This document shows positions 1 to 9,798 of a stretch of DNA of 64,000 nt, in pieces. Position 1 is the stretch's first letter. Every line of letters starts with the position of its first letter. The translations under genes were made by a program, and so were the position numbers. Under the pieces are notes generated by a model. The model saw only the letters and a list, made by a program, of their open reading frames with translations. It did no database searches and was not told where the DNA came from. Source of the DNA: a virus (Duplodnaviria > Caudoviricetes); IMG/VR virus record IMGVR_UViG_3300037878_000134, positions 16,139 to 80,138 of that record. One strand, written 5' to 3'.

Positions 1-2
1 CT

Positions 3-1010
3 CCCGCGCTGCCCTCCAATTGCGTGGCGCTGTTCGACGTCTTCATGTTTCCCGGCACGACCCAGTCTTCCGACTTCCAGATCACCCGCCGCGGCTGGCG
101 GCGCATCGAGTTCCCCGGCTCTTCCCAGCACGGCATTGTCAAGGGCTGCACTCCCGAGTGGGACACGACCGACGAGACGAGCGGCTCACCCGCCTACATT
201 CCGCTCGGCTACGTGCCCCATCGCCTCGTGATCGATGGAGAGCTGCTGACCTTCGGCTCACCCGCGGCGGGCGGGTTCGTCGTGGCGACGCCCGATACCA
301 ACAACCCCCCGGGCAGTGCGCCTCCCACCAATGACTTGCCCACCTACCTCTATCTTTGCGGCGGACGCTGGTTCCCCTGGTGTGGAGGTATCGCGGGCTC
401 CGTGCCCTATCCCTACAACGCCGCGCCGGTCGTGTTGGTCGAAAGCCTGACACCGCCGGATCGCATGGGATACCCGACCGCCGCAATGGCCGTCGCGGGC
501 GCTACCATCCCGAGAAACGGCGCTCTCTTCGTCGGCAATGGCTTCCTGGTGATCAACAGCAGCGTCCACAAGTGCTGCAGGATCGACGGGGATTGGATAC
601 ACGCTCTCACCATGAACAGCGCGCTTGTGCCGTCGGTCCTACCGAACGCTTGTTTCAACGAGAGCCTGACGACTCTGCTCACAGGACCTGGCCAAGACGT
701 TGCGGTCACCACAATGCCGGCGAACGCCACTATGGCAGATTTCGAGCTGCTCGGCTTCTTTTCGCCCTACGGCGGCGGCGCTGAGATCAGGGTCTTCCAA
801 GAAGCACTGTCGGCGTCGCCCGATCTCCAAGTCGCCCGGGCTATCGAGGTGGTGAACTCTGCAGGGGGCGGTCAGGCATTGATGTCTTGGCGGGGCGCGA
901 TTCCGGCGGGCGGGCTGTTCTTCGTGATCAATGACTCATTCGCCCTCAGCGCGTCGATCATGCTCTACGCGCGCGCCTACAACATGAATCTGCCCCGCCT
1001 CGCTCGCTAG
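3..1010 (+). CDS. Putative virion/tail protein, 5'-truncated by the window edge
   Basis: Frame is open from the window edge to TAG at 1010; lies directly upstream of the tail fibre gene; no recognised family motif. Confidence 0.6.
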   Translation, partial: PALPSNCVALFDVFMFPGTTQSSDFQITRRGWRRIEFPGSSQHGIVKGCTPEWDTTDETSGSPAYIPLGYVPHRLVIDGELLTFGSPAAGGFVVATPDTNNPPGSAPPTNDLPTYLYLCGGRWFPWCGGIAGSVPYPYNAAPVVLVESLTPPDRMGYPTAAMAVAGATIPRNGALFVGNGFLVINSSVHKCCRIDGDWIHALTMNSALVPSVLPNACFNESLTTLLTGPGQDVAVTTMPANATMADFELLGFFSPYGGGAEIRVFQEALSASPDLQVARAIEVVNSAGGGQALMSWRGAIPAGGLFFVINDSFALSASIMLYARAYNMNLPRLAR

Positions 1011-1018
1011 GAGTCGCC

Positions 1019-3250
1019 ATGGCGTTCTCATCCGTCACGGTCCTCTTCAGCAAAAACGCCGACCCCCCGCAGTCGGGCTGGCGACAAGATCTCGTGCCCG
1101 GCAACACGGTCACCTGCTCGCTCTCGAGCACAATCGGCATCACCAGCTACCGCTGGCGGGTCATCGGGCGCCCCGAGGGCTCGGCGGCCGGCGGGGCCGG
1201 AGCCGAGCCCCGCCCGCTCGGCTCTGGCGCGGCGGTATCCTTTACGGCCGACATCAATGGGACCTACATCATCGAGTGCCTCATCAATGGCGGGGCACCG
1301 GACGCCACCATCGTGACTGGCGGCTGCGCCATCTTGGAGTCCATCGTCGATCCGCTCGGCCGTCCTTTGCGGCTCATCGGGCCCGGCGAAACCGACGAAG
1401 ACATCTCGGATGTGGGCGTCGCCGAAGGTTCGACCAAGATGCTGAACCGCTGGCTGCGCAAGCTGGCGGCTGGTGGTGGTGGCGGTGGCGGCACCCTCGC
1501 GGTCGACTACAACCTGGGCACGTCAGCTGCGGATCAGACGCTCACGATTGCCGACAGCAAGGGCGGTCCGATCATCCTCGACGCTCAGGGAGTCGGCGGC
1601 AGCTTCACCGGCCTCTACGCGCTGCGGACCATCGTGCCCGCCGGCATGATGAGCAGTATGGGCGTGGGGTTTACTTGGAGCGGCGGTTTGGAGTTGGGAC
1701 CGGACAACATTCTCATCGGGAACCCCGGTTACCCCCCGACAGCGACAGACGCGACCTGGGGGGTTTGCGTTGGCGGATGGTCCGCCATAGGCAAAGCCGG
1801 AGGGTGCAACGCTGCGACCGCAGTCGGCTCCTTTACCCAGGCTTTGGATGCAAACGCCAGTACCTTCGGCGCGTTCTCGTTGGCGGCGGGTCTGCTCTCT
1901 TCTGCGCTGGGGGCTTACTCGTCGGCTAACGATGAGCGCAGCATAGCGGTGGGGCCGTTGTCCTCGGCCTCCGGCTTGGCTTCCATTGCGATGGGAGATC
2001 ATGCCTATACCGACTTTTTCGAGAGCGTTGCCATTGGTCAATGGGCCGCAGCCATCAGCCCCGAGACCATAGCCATTGGCCCCGCCACTCTCGCGGGCGC
2101 GCCTGTCGGCGGCGATAGCGCAGTCGCGATCAATGCCATTGCACGAAGCACACAGTCACTTGCGATCAGCGGTCTGGTTGGGACTGACGCGGCTTTCGCA
2201 ACCGCCGTGGGCAACACATCTGTCGTTCGCGATGGCGCCGCTTACGCGCTGGCCCTCGGCTACAACGCCCTCGTTGATATTGATGCCAGTCAGGGGATCG
2301 CAATTCTCGGAACGGTCACCGCCGTGGACGGGATTTCGGTGGGCCTCTGGTCGCAAGTGGACAGCGTTGGCGCAATAGCCATCGGGCCCGGTGCCTATGC
2401 CGGAGCTCTCATCGGTGGCGAGAACGCTGTCGCCATCAACGGCGACGCGGAGGGTACGGCAGCCGTGGCCATTGGCGGAACTGTGTTGGTCGACAATTCG
2501 ATCGCCATTGCCGCCTCGACGTCTCCCGAGGGGGCGTCTTGTCTAGGCATCCGGAGCGTTGGCTTGGGGTCGGACTTTCGCCCCAACAACAACTACGACG
2601 TGACCATCGGGTACCATCTTGCCACCCCCAACAACCGGGCCAGCTTTTCAGACCCCATCGGGGACGGCTACAACGTCTACGTGGGGCACAACATCGCGGG
2701 CCCCGCGGGCTATGGATACTCAGACGTCAGCCAGGTCGCGATCGGCGCCGACATCGGAATCGACAGCAGCCACACCACCGCGATCGGCTCCGGCTCGCTC
2801 ATTAGTGATCTTTCCGACTGGGCGATCGCCCTCAGCGGCTACGTGGGCGAAAGCGCGCCCAACGCCTTTGCCGTGCTGGGGACAGTAGCCGCATCGGCGG
2901 ATTCGTCACTGGCCATCGGCAACATGTCCGAAGCCGATTCGCCCTTCTGCATTGCCTTGGGGGCTTTCGCGGTTGCGGCGCCCGAGGGCACCGGATGGAT
3001 GGTGGTCGGCGATAGCGGCACCCACGGAACCGCGGGCGCCGCCGCGATTCACCAATTCATCGTCCGAGGCTATAACGGCGGCGCTATCGACACCTTGAAG
3101 GTCTCGGACGCGCCATCAAATGACTACCAGACAGGTCTGACCATCCCGTACCGGTTCTCGGGCGGGGCTGTCGCCGCCGAAGACGTCTACGCCAAAGACG
3201 GCCCGCCCGAAGGCGCGCTCATTCTCTACATACCAGGACCCCCCTCCTAG
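1019..3250 (+). CDS. Tail fibre/adhesin-like protein with YadA-head-like (A-x-A-I-G) repeats
   Basis: 743 aa with RBS AGGAG. Ig/PKD-like N-terminus, Gly linker, then many ~14-aa repeats such as SIAVGPLSSA, AVAIGGTV, TTAIGSGS. Followed by a chaperone-like gene. Confidence 0.75.
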   Translation: MAFSSVTVLFSKNADPPQSGWRQDLVPGNTVTCSLSSTIGITSYRWRVIGRPEGSAAGGAGAEPRPLGSGAAVSFTADINGTYIIECLINGGAPDATIVTGGCAILESIVDPLGRPLRLIGPGETDEDISDVGVAEGSTKMLNRWLRKLAAGGGGGGGTLAVDYNLGTSAADQTLTIADSKGGPIILDAQGVGGSFTGLYALRTIVPAGMMSSMGVGFTWSGGLELGPDNILIGNPGYPPTATDATWGVCVGGWSAIGKAGGCNAATAVGSFTQALDANASTFGAFSLAAGLLSSALGAYSSANDERSIAVGPLSSASGLASIAMGDHAYTDFFESVAIGQWAAAISPETIAIGPATLAGAPVGGDSAVAINAIARSTQSLAISGLVGTDAAFATAVGNTSVVRDGAAYALALGYNALVDIDASQGIAILGTVTAVDGISVGLWSQVDSVGAIAIGPGAYAGALIGGENAVAINGDAEGTAAVAIGGTVLVDNSIAIAASTSPEGASCLGIRSVGLGSDFRPNNNYDVTIGYHLATPNNRASFSDPIGDGYNVYVGHNIAGPAGYGYSDVSQVAIGADIGIDSSHTTAIGSGSLISDLSDWAIALSGYVGESAPNAFAVLGTVAASADSSLAIGNMSEADSPFCIALGAFAVAAPEGTGWMVVGDSGTHGTAGAAAIHQFIVRGYNGGAIDTLKVSDAPSNDYQTGLTIPYRFSGGAVAAEDVYAKDGPPEGALILYIPGPPS

Positions 3251-3262
3251 GAAAGACATTCC

Positions 3263-3733
3263 ATGATCCGAATCAGTTTGCGGGAACTGTACATGGCGCG
3301 GGACGTGCTGAGGAAGCTGGCCCAGATGGACTTCTCTCTGCGCACCGGCTACTCGGTTTCCAAGATCGCCAAGGCGGCGGACTCCGAGCTGCTGCCCGCC
3401 GAGGCGAAAAAGAACGAGCTGATTCGCAAGTATGGCGAGCAGGACAAATTCAACGGCGAGATCTGGCACGTCAAGCCCGAGAACGAGGCGGAAGTCAACC
3501 AGCAATTCCAGCAGATGCTGGACGTCGAGGTGGACCTCAACTGCAACCCGATCAAGATCTCCATGCTGGACGGGGAGCGGCTGCCGACTCACGACCGACT
3601 GTTGGCCATCCTGATGGAGGTGCGGGAGCAGAAGCGCGCTCCCCTCGATGCCATCCCGGAGATCCGAGGCCTAACCGTGCGGCTCTCGCCGCTTGAAGTG
3701 ATGCGTATCGAGAAATTCATCGATCCCGACTGA
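3263..3733 (+). CDS. DUF1617-like helical protein typical downstream of tail fibres (possible chaperone)
   Basis: Pattern KLAQMDFSLRTGYSVSKIAK...KNELIRKYG...QQMLDVEVDL, recognised by eye. Confidence 0.6.
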   Translation: MIRISLRELYMARDVLRKLAQMDFSLRTGYSVSKIAKAADSELLPAEAKKNELIRKYGEQDKFNGEIWHVKPENEAEVNQQFQQMLDVEVDLNCNPIKISMLDGERLPTHDRLLAILMEVREQKRAPLDAIPEIRGLTVRLSPLEVMRIEKFIDPD

Positions 3734-3748
3734 GAAAGGAAATTCCTC

Positions 3749-4039
3749 ATGGCAACGATTTCAAAGACACTGACGACTTCGGCCAAGTCCATCACCATCA
3801 TGGCCGCTGGCGCGCGGGGCATGGTGAGCTTCGTGGACGAGAAGGGCCAGCCGGCCGGGCAAGCGACGATCACCATCAAGGACGGCGTGGTGGTGGAAAC
3901 CGGCCAGACCGCCAGCGCGGCCCTGGTGGCGGCGCTCGGCACCGTCTCGACCGAGTTCGCGGCGCTCGTCGAAAGCATGGCCAAAGCCGGCGCGCTTGAT
4001 CCGCTGAGCCGAGGCGTCCGCGCTGCCAGGGCCGCCTAG
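3749..4039 (+). CDS. Hypothetical protein (tail region)
   Basis: RBS AAGGA; tightly packed in the operon. Confidence 0.6.
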   Translation: MATISKTLTTSAKSITIMAAGARGMVSFVDEKGQPAGQATITIKDGVVVETGQTASAALVAALGTVSTEFAALVESMAKAGALDPLSRGVRAARAA

Positions 4040-4074
4040 CGCGAGCTGGCGTGCAACGAGAGAAGGAAAAGATC

Positions 4075-4521
4075 ATGTCGAACCCCGCAACGGTGGACAA
4101 GACTCTGACCATCACAATGCTGTCGCTGGCGGCCGGTAAGTTTGCGCCGAACGATCCCGCGGCAGCGGCCTCCGTGGCGGCCCAGCGGGCAGCGGCCCGG
4201 GCGGCGATCACCGGCAAGACGCCGCCGACTCTGGCATCGGTCCTGAGTCCGGCCAAGCCCGTTGCGCCCTTGCCACCCGCGCCTGCGCCTGCCCTGCCGG
4301 CCCCCAAGGACGGCTTTATGATCATGCTGGCTGCGGGTGACGCCTCTCGCACCTACGTCCGCAAGGCGTTGACCTTGTGCGATGGCAAGGTCTCGACCGA
4401 CAAAGGCGCGACCGATCTGGGCGCGATCCCCGACTCTCTGGCAACCGCCATCGCCACCCTGCAAGGCGAAGTCGCCGCGCTCGTGACCTCCCTGACCGCC
4501 TCGGGACAACTGACCTTCTGA
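4075..4521 (+). CDS. Hypothetical protein (tail region)
   Basis: ATG at 4075 after GAAGGA, in frame with the track ORF 4051..4521. Confidence 0.6.
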   Translation: MSNPATVDKTLTITMLSLAAGKFAPNDPAAAASVAAQRAAARAAITGKTPPTLASVLSPAKPVAPLPPAPAPALPAPKDGFMIMLAAGDASRTYVRKALTLCDGKVSTDKGATDLGAIPDSLATAIATLQGEVAALVTSLTASGQLTF

Positions 4522-4534
4522 CCGGAGACCCAAT

Positions 4535-5056
4535 ATGTCCAACAACAACCTCATTATCGAATGCGATCGCGCGTTCGTGGCCAACGTCCCAGCCGCCCCC
4601 GGCAACAACGCCACATGCGTGCTGTTCGCGACTCACCCGCGTAAGCCGGGTGGCAGCGGCAGCGCCGTGGTGTCCACGTTTGAAAGCGGCGCGGGCACCG
4701 AGCCGATCGACGTCAACCCCGACGCGATCGAAGAAGTCGAGGTGACGTTCCACGCGCACGACAAAGCCAGCGCGGCCAACGGCTTACGCGCCTACGTGAC
4801 AGTGGACGGCGGGACCACATGGAACGAGACCGACATGAAGGGCTACGTGGCCGGGGCCGCGAACCAGCCGAGCATCGGCGCCGCCGCGCCCATCCAGGTC
4901 CCGGCGCTTTCTGCGGGCCAGGAGTGGGTCGAGACCTTCGACGTGGGCCGCTATCGGGGATTCGCCATCGAGTACACGGCGGGCGCCACCGGGCCCACGC
5001 CTAGCACGGGTTGGAGCCTCAGCGTAACCGTAAACCACGCCTCGCAAAAGGACTGA
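4535..5056 (+). CDS. Putative virion beta-sandwich protein
   Basis: RBS GGAG; beta-rich 173 aa; operon context. Confidence 0.6.
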   Translation: MSNNNLIIECDRAFVANVPAAPGNNATCVLFATHPRKPGGSGSAVVSTFESGAGTEPIDVNPDAIEEVEVTFHAHDKASAANGLRAYVTVDGGTTWNETDMKGYVAGAANQPSIGAAAPIQVPALSAGQEWVETFDVGRYRGFAIEYTAGATGPTPSTGWSLSVTVNHASQKD

Positions 5057-5058
5057 CC

Positions 5059-5568
5059 ATGGGACTGCATCCACCGCGCGAAGAGCCCGAAGGCGCCGGC
5101 ATCCCGCCCATCGGCCCAGCCGGGGGCAAGCTCTCGGGCACGTACCCAAACCCAGGCCTCAACGCCACTACGAGCGACGTCCCGCCCGCCGGAGATCGCC
5201 AGTACCTGAGCGCCCTGCAGCTCGCGGGCCTCGATACCTTGCTCGCCGGCGCTCCGTTGACCGACGCAAGCGTGACCATCAACCCGGGCAGCGATGCCGC
5301 GTCCGAGTACACGCTGCCCGCCGCCACCCTGACCGACGATCGGACTCTCACGCTCGGGGTGGCGGGACCACCGCTAACCGAGCAGCGCGGCCGCATCGTT
5401 CGCCGGGACGCTACCGCCCACAGCTACACCGTGGTCAACGGCGGGGCAGGGGGCGCGGGATCCATGTCGATCGCCATACCGGCTCCCACCGGGGGGCACG
5501 CGCTGGCCTTGGACTACATCTTCGATGGCACCAACTTCACCAGCCTCGGTCTGACGTACCTCATCTGA
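5059..5568 (+). CDS. Putative tail fibre-related protein
   Basis: Contains the GGKLSGTYPNP motif common in phage fibre proteins. Confidence 0.6.
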   Translation: MGLHPPREEPEGAGIPPIGPAGGKLSGTYPNPGLNATTSDVPPAGDRQYLSALQLAGLDTLLAGAPLTDASVTINPGSDAASEYTLPAATLTDDRTLTLGVAGPPLTEQRGRIVRRDATAHSYTVVNGGAGGAGSMSIAIPAPTGGHALALDYIFDGTNFTSLGLTYLI

Positions 5569-5580
5569 ACACGTTGGCTC

Positions 5581-6342
5581 ATGGCCCAGAGATTCACATT
5601 GAGCGGACTTCTGACAGCAGAGCCCAGTAAGTGCGACGGGGCCCTGACCGATCGGTTCGACCTGGGCTTTGAGCGCACCTATCCCGCCAGCGACTACGGC
5701 AACATCACACTCGACGCCGTCTCGACGCCGTTTGTGCTCGGCGACGGTGTCATGCAGACCATCAACTTGCTGGGCCTCCGCGTGCAGTCCGGCGGGCCCA
5801 TCTTGGTGCTGGTCACCTCGTCGAGCGGTGACAGCCAGGCCTTCTCGGTAAGCAGCGTTCTCATCTTGCATTGCCCCAACCCCGCAACCGCCCTTTCGTC
5901 GGTGCAGCTCCTCGGGCAAGCCGAGCTCTCCTATGCGGTAGCCGGCACCGGGGTCGCGTCAGCCCCGGGCCCGGCCCCGCCGTCGCCCCTTGACGTCGAG
6001 TACGATTGCGATCCGAGCGTGCAAGTCCGAGATGCGGTCTATGTGGAGGCGGCCAACCTGGTGAACCGGGCCAGCGCCGCCACCACCACCGAGTCGCCGG
6101 CCATTGGTTTTGTGGTCAGCAAGATCACGAGCACCAAATGCGTGGTGCGGCGAGATTCCGAGCTCGGAGGGTTTACCGGACTCACGGCCGCCTCGCCCTA
6201 CTACCTCGACCTCGCAGCTGGTCAGATCGCCGATACCCCGCCGACGCCTCCCGGCGCCGCTGTTTTTCAGCGAGTCGGCTTCGCCAAGTCAGCCTCTGTG
6301 CTGAGCATCGAAGTCGACCAAGATAGGATCTCGCTCACCTAA
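5581..6342 (+). CDS. Two-domain virion protein with C-terminal DUF2190/capsid-cement-like domain
   Basis: C-terminal VRDAVYV...AIGFVV...YYLD..AGQI...QRVGFA pattern; N-terminal domain is paralogous to 9799..10173. Confidence 0.6.
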   Translation: MAQRFTLSGLLTAEPSKCDGALTDRFDLGFERTYPASDYGNITLDAVSTPFVLGDGVMQTINLLGLRVQSGGPILVLVTSSSGDSQAFSVSSVLILHCPNPATALSSVQLLGQAELSYAVAGTGVASAPGPAPPSPLDVEYDCDPSVQVRDAVYVEAANLVNRASAATTTESPAIGFVVSKITSTKCVVRRDSELGGFTGLTAASPYYLDLAAGQIADTPPTPPGAAVFQRVGFAKSASVLSIEVDQDRISLT

Positions 6343-6367
6343 GACACAAAACAAAGGAGCCACCACC

Positions 6368-7105
6368 ATGCCTAGCGTTTGGCAACCACTCATCATCGAT
6401 CTGACCGACGGGCGCACCAAGCGGATGCCCGAAACCGACAGCCTCGACGTCGGCACCGGCATTTCCTCCGCGGCGGCAACCGATCTGACCTTCTCCGCCG
6501 GCAGTGGCACGATCACCATCGCCGCCGGGAGTGTTCTCGGGACGACCGGCAGCGGCAACATCAATCTGCCGAACAACGGATCGGCGAAGTTCCAGATTGA
6601 AGGAACGGCGGTTGGCTCGACGGTTACGGCTCCCAACCTGGACACCCTGACCGACGGCAGCGACGCCAGCGCCTTGCACACGCACGCCGGCTTGGCTCAG
6701 CTCACCGTCACCTCGGGCGAGGGCATTTCGGCCGGATCCCAGGTGGGCATAGAAAACGTCACGGGCTCGCCGCGGGCTTTCTTGTCGTACGCTGATGCCA
6801 CGGGCAACAGGGCCCGATCCATCGGGACCGCCGATGCTACCGTGCTCATCAGCACGCCGTTGACCGTGCTCACGACCGGCAACGATCGTGTGATCCCCGA
6901 TGCCAGGTGGGAAGGTGGCACCCCGCCCGTGGCGGCGGATCTCGGAGCGCGCGTCTTCGTGAGCAAGACCACCCACGGATGCATCACCCTCGACGTGAGC
7001 GCTTACGTCGCCGGAGACATCGTCCAGGAAGTGGGCGAAGTCATCGAGATTGGGACAGGCACTTCCGCCATCCTGATCAACACCCATCGCGAAATTCTCC
7101 TGTAG
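6368..7105 (+). CDS. Virion protein (cement/spike-base-like C-terminus)
   Basis: RBS AAGGAG; C-terminal GEGISAG...IGTA...VFVSKT..G.IT...QEVG pattern. Confidence 0.6.
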   Translation: MPSVWQPLIIDLTDGRTKRMPETDSLDVGTGISSAAATDLTFSAGSGTITIAAGSVLGTTGSGNINLPNNGSAKFQIEGTAVGSTVTAPNLDTLTDGSDASALHTHAGLAQLTVTSGEGISAGSQVGIENVTGSPRAFLSYADATGNRARSIGTADATVLISTPLTVLTTGNDRVIPDARWEGGTPPVAADLGARVFVSKTTHGCITLDVSAYVAGDIVQEVGEVIEIGTGTSAILINTHREILL

Positions 7106-7110
7106 GCGCC

Positions 7111-7548
7111 ATGGCGCGCAAGCCCCCCAAGGTCAAACGGGTAAAGGCGGTTGCTCCCGAGGCAACCGCCTCCGTTCCCGATGTCCCACTCTCCGAAGCC
7201 GAAGCGGCCGAGATCCGCGAGCTCGACGGGTCCATGGTGGTGCAAACCCTGCGCATCGCCGAGATGAGCGTGGCGTACGATGAAGATCGCCAGACGCGGG
7301 AAACTCTCATTGTCGTCATTCGGGAACGCGGCTCGAACCTGGAGATCTACGAGAAACGGAAACTCGACCTGGGCGAGCTGGTCGTGCGCATGCGCGACAA
7401 GGAAGAGGCGATCCGGCAAGCCATCAACGAATACCGGAACATCCGCTCGCGCTACCAAACGCGGGTCGAAGAAATCGCGGCAGAGCGAGGGATCCATCGC
7501 GATACCCACAAGTTTCTCGCAACCGCAATGGCCTTCGTTCCGAGGTAA
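7111..7548 (+). CDS. Coiled-coil hypothetical protein
   Basis: ATG at 7111, in frame with track ORF 6907..7548; charged and helical. Confidence 0.55.
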   Translation: MARKPPKVKRVKAVAPEATASVPDVPLSEAEAAEIRELDGSMVVQTLRIAEMSVAYDEDRQTRETLIVVIRERGSNLEIYEKRKLDLGELVVRMRDKEEAIRQAINEYRNIRSRYQTRVEEIAAERGIHRDTHKFLATAMAFVPR

Positions 7549-7551
7549 GTC

Positions 7552-8103
7552 GTGGCAACCCGGCAGCCACTCGTCATCGACCTGGCCACTGGCCGGACGC
7601 GCCAACAGCCAACCACCGATACGCTCAACGCGGGAGCGGCAGTCAAGGTCACCGGCTACATGGAGATCACCGCGGCGGCGGCGCCAGCTGCCCCGGGGGC
7701 CGGCGTCTGGCGGCTCTATGTGGACAGCACCACCGGGCGGGTCACCCTGTTCAACTCGAGCAGCCAGGCCTTCACCGTGCGCCAGCGCCGGGTGGTTATC
7801 TTGGCGGACACGACCCCGATCGCTACCGACGCGGCGACGGGGGATATCTTCGAGCTCGATACGCTTTCGCAGGACACCACAATCAACAACCCCAGCAACG
7901 TGACTTTCGACGGCCAGACGGTCGAATATCGCATCAAGAGCACAGCCAAACGGACGCTGGTGTGGGGCGGGAATTTCCGCGGCTCGTCCGATGTGCCCCT
8001 GCCAACCAAGACCACCGGGTCAAGTAAGATCGATCGGTTTGCCTTTGAGTATCACCTCACCGACGGCAAGCTCGACTGTGTCGCCGTGAACAAGGGCTTC
8101 TAA
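7552..8103 (+). CDS. Putative tail fibre tip protein
   Basis: RBS GAGG; C-terminal TINNPSNV..DGQ..EYRIK....RTLVWG.NF...KIDRFAFEY pattern seen in fibre C-termini. Confidence 0.6.
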   Translation: MATRQPLVIDLATGRTRQQPTTDTLNAGAAVKVTGYMEITAAAAPAAPGAGVWRLYVDSTTGRVTLFNSSSQAFTVRQRRVVILADTTPIATDAATGDIFELDTLSQDTTINNPSNVTFDGQTVEYRIKSTAKRTLVWGGNFRGSSDVPLPTKTTGSSKIDRFAFEYHLTDGKLDCVAVNKGF

Positions 8104-8116
8104 GGAGAACTCAGCC

Positions 8117-8533
8117 ATGGCCTCAGCATTCGCAGTAGACTTTCCGGACTTCACACAGCCGAGCGTCTACGACCACGGCGTGGTGGAAACGCCCCCAAAC
8201 CCGAAGAATGAGATCCCGCCGGTCGTCGAAGATCTACGAAAGCTCGGCTGGCTCGGCGCAGACGAGACGATCGCCCCCGCAGACGTCGCAACGGAGCTCG
8301 CCAAGCTCCTAGGCGCGCTCTTGAAGGATGAGGTGACGCTCGATCCTACCGGCCAGGGATACGCCGGCAAACCGACTCCGGAGCTGGTCGAGCTGCTCAA
8401 CAAACCGGTGGCGCCAAAGGAGACGCCCGATGGGCCACAGCAGTCGCGCTGGAGTAGCATCGTGGCTGGCTTTCCATGGGGGCCCAACAGTGTGACAGAA
8501 GACATGGTCAAAGAGGCCATGGAAGGAGCGTAG
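8117..8533 (+). CDS. Hypothetical protein
   Basis: RBS AAGGAG; operon packing. Confidence 0.6.
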   Translation: MASAFAVDFPDFTQPSVYDHGVVETPPNPKNEIPPVVEDLRKLGWLGADETIAPADVATELAKLLGALLKDEVTLDPTGQGYAGKPTPELVELLNKPVAPKETPDGPQQSRWSSIVAGFPWGPNSVTEDMVKEAMEGA

Positions 8534-8536
8534 TCC

Positions 8537-9001
8537 ATGCCTTCGGATATTCTGCAAAGTTGGCAAGCAGCCGCCTCCTTCACCATCACGCTGGCGAACC
8601 TGGGCAATGGCTCGGGCCGCCAGTCGACCATGATCACGAACGCTTCGCCCTCATATCCGAGGGCGAAGATTACCGCCAAGATCACGACCGGAACCACGCC
8701 AACCGCCGGGACCACAGTGGACTTGTATCTCCTGCGATCGAATGGCACGATCCGCACCGACAGCGCGGGCGCCAGCGACGCCGCGCTGACCGTGGTGAAC
8801 GCCCAGCCCATCGGGTCGATTTACGTGCCGACCAACACCACCAACGCCGTGTTGATCGGCGACTTCATGATGGACGATCTCGGTCCGAGCTGGGGAATTG
8901 CGGTCGTCAACCGCTCGGGCGTCGCCCTTTACAACAACGCGGTGAACAACAACTCCATCACGTACGAGTACACGGACATGCAGGCGTCGGCGTACACGTA
9001 G
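8537..9001 (+). CDS. Putative virion protein
   Basis: Thr/Ala/Asn-rich beta protein; RBS GGAG. Confidence 0.6.
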   Translation: MPSDILQSWQAAASFTITLANLGNGSGRQSTMITNASPSYPRAKITAKITTGTTPTAGTTVDLYLLRSNGTIRTDSAGASDAALTVVNAQPIGSIYVPTNTTNAVLIGDFMMDDLGPSWGIAVVNRSGVALYNNAVNNNSITYEYTDMQASAYT

Positions 9002-9010
9002 CGGCTCGCC

Positions 9011-9784
9011 ATGGGCGCACCACTAGATTGCAGAGCTCTGAACGTGCCGCGAACGCTCGATCGCGGCCGGGAGCTCATGCGCGGCCTGCGGTTTTTCTGG
9101 GCGCCCGCCAAGTCGCCCGCCTTGCAGACCAATCTCATCGACGGCCGCCAGGGCACCATGGCCGGGGGCTCGCCTTTCACGGCAGCCGATATCTACATGG
9201 CGAGAAATGGCCTGGCGGTGCAAGGGAAAGCCAACGCCTACATCAATTTTTCGAGCGCATACCTGCGGTTCACGGATCTCATCTATGTGACGTTCGCGGT
9301 CTTGGTGCACATTCCTGCGAGTCCCGCCGACGCCTACTTCATGTGCCTTTGTGGGGCGAACAGCGGGACGGTATTCATGAGTCTGCGGATTGTGTTCGGC
9401 GCGCTCGAACTGAAAACGTACGTGGGCGGATCATCGCCGTCCGTCACCACGTCCCTGCCGTCGACGCCCAGCTACGCAATGGTGCTCGGTACCTATGACG
9501 GCTCGGCCCTGCGAATCTACCTCAACGGCATTTACGCAAACTTCATCTCCGCATCAGGCGCACTCGGTTGGGGAGCGGGGACAACGCCACTGTGCCTGTT
9601 CAACATGTACGACGGATCGCAGTCGTCGTACACGGGAAAGATTCTGGGAGCCTGGGTCTGGGACAGGGCGCTCAACAATGCCGCCATCATGCGGTTCTCG
9701 GCGCGACCGTGGGACATGTTACGCTGGAAAGAACGACCGTTCCGAGACAAGGCGCGGGGCTCGGACTACCTAATTGTGATGTGA
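9011..9784 (+). CDS. LamG/concanavalin A-like lectin domain protein (receptor-binding candidate)
   Basis: VLGTYDGSALRIYLNG and YTGKILGAWVWDRALN are LamG-like motifs. Confidence 0.75.
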   Translation: MGAPLDCRALNVPRTLDRGRELMRGLRFFWAPAKSPALQTNLIDGRQGTMAGGSPFTAADIYMARNGLAVQGKANAYINFSSAYLRFTDLIYVTFAVLVHIPASPADAYFMCLCGANSGTVFMSLRIVFGALELKTYVGGSSPSVTTSLPSTPSYAMVLGTYDGSALRIYLNGIYANFISASGALGWGAGTTPLCLFNMYDGSQSSYTGKILGAWVWDRALNNAAIMRFSARPWDMLRWKERPFRDKARGSDYLIVM

Positions 9785-9798
9785 GACAGGAGATCCCC

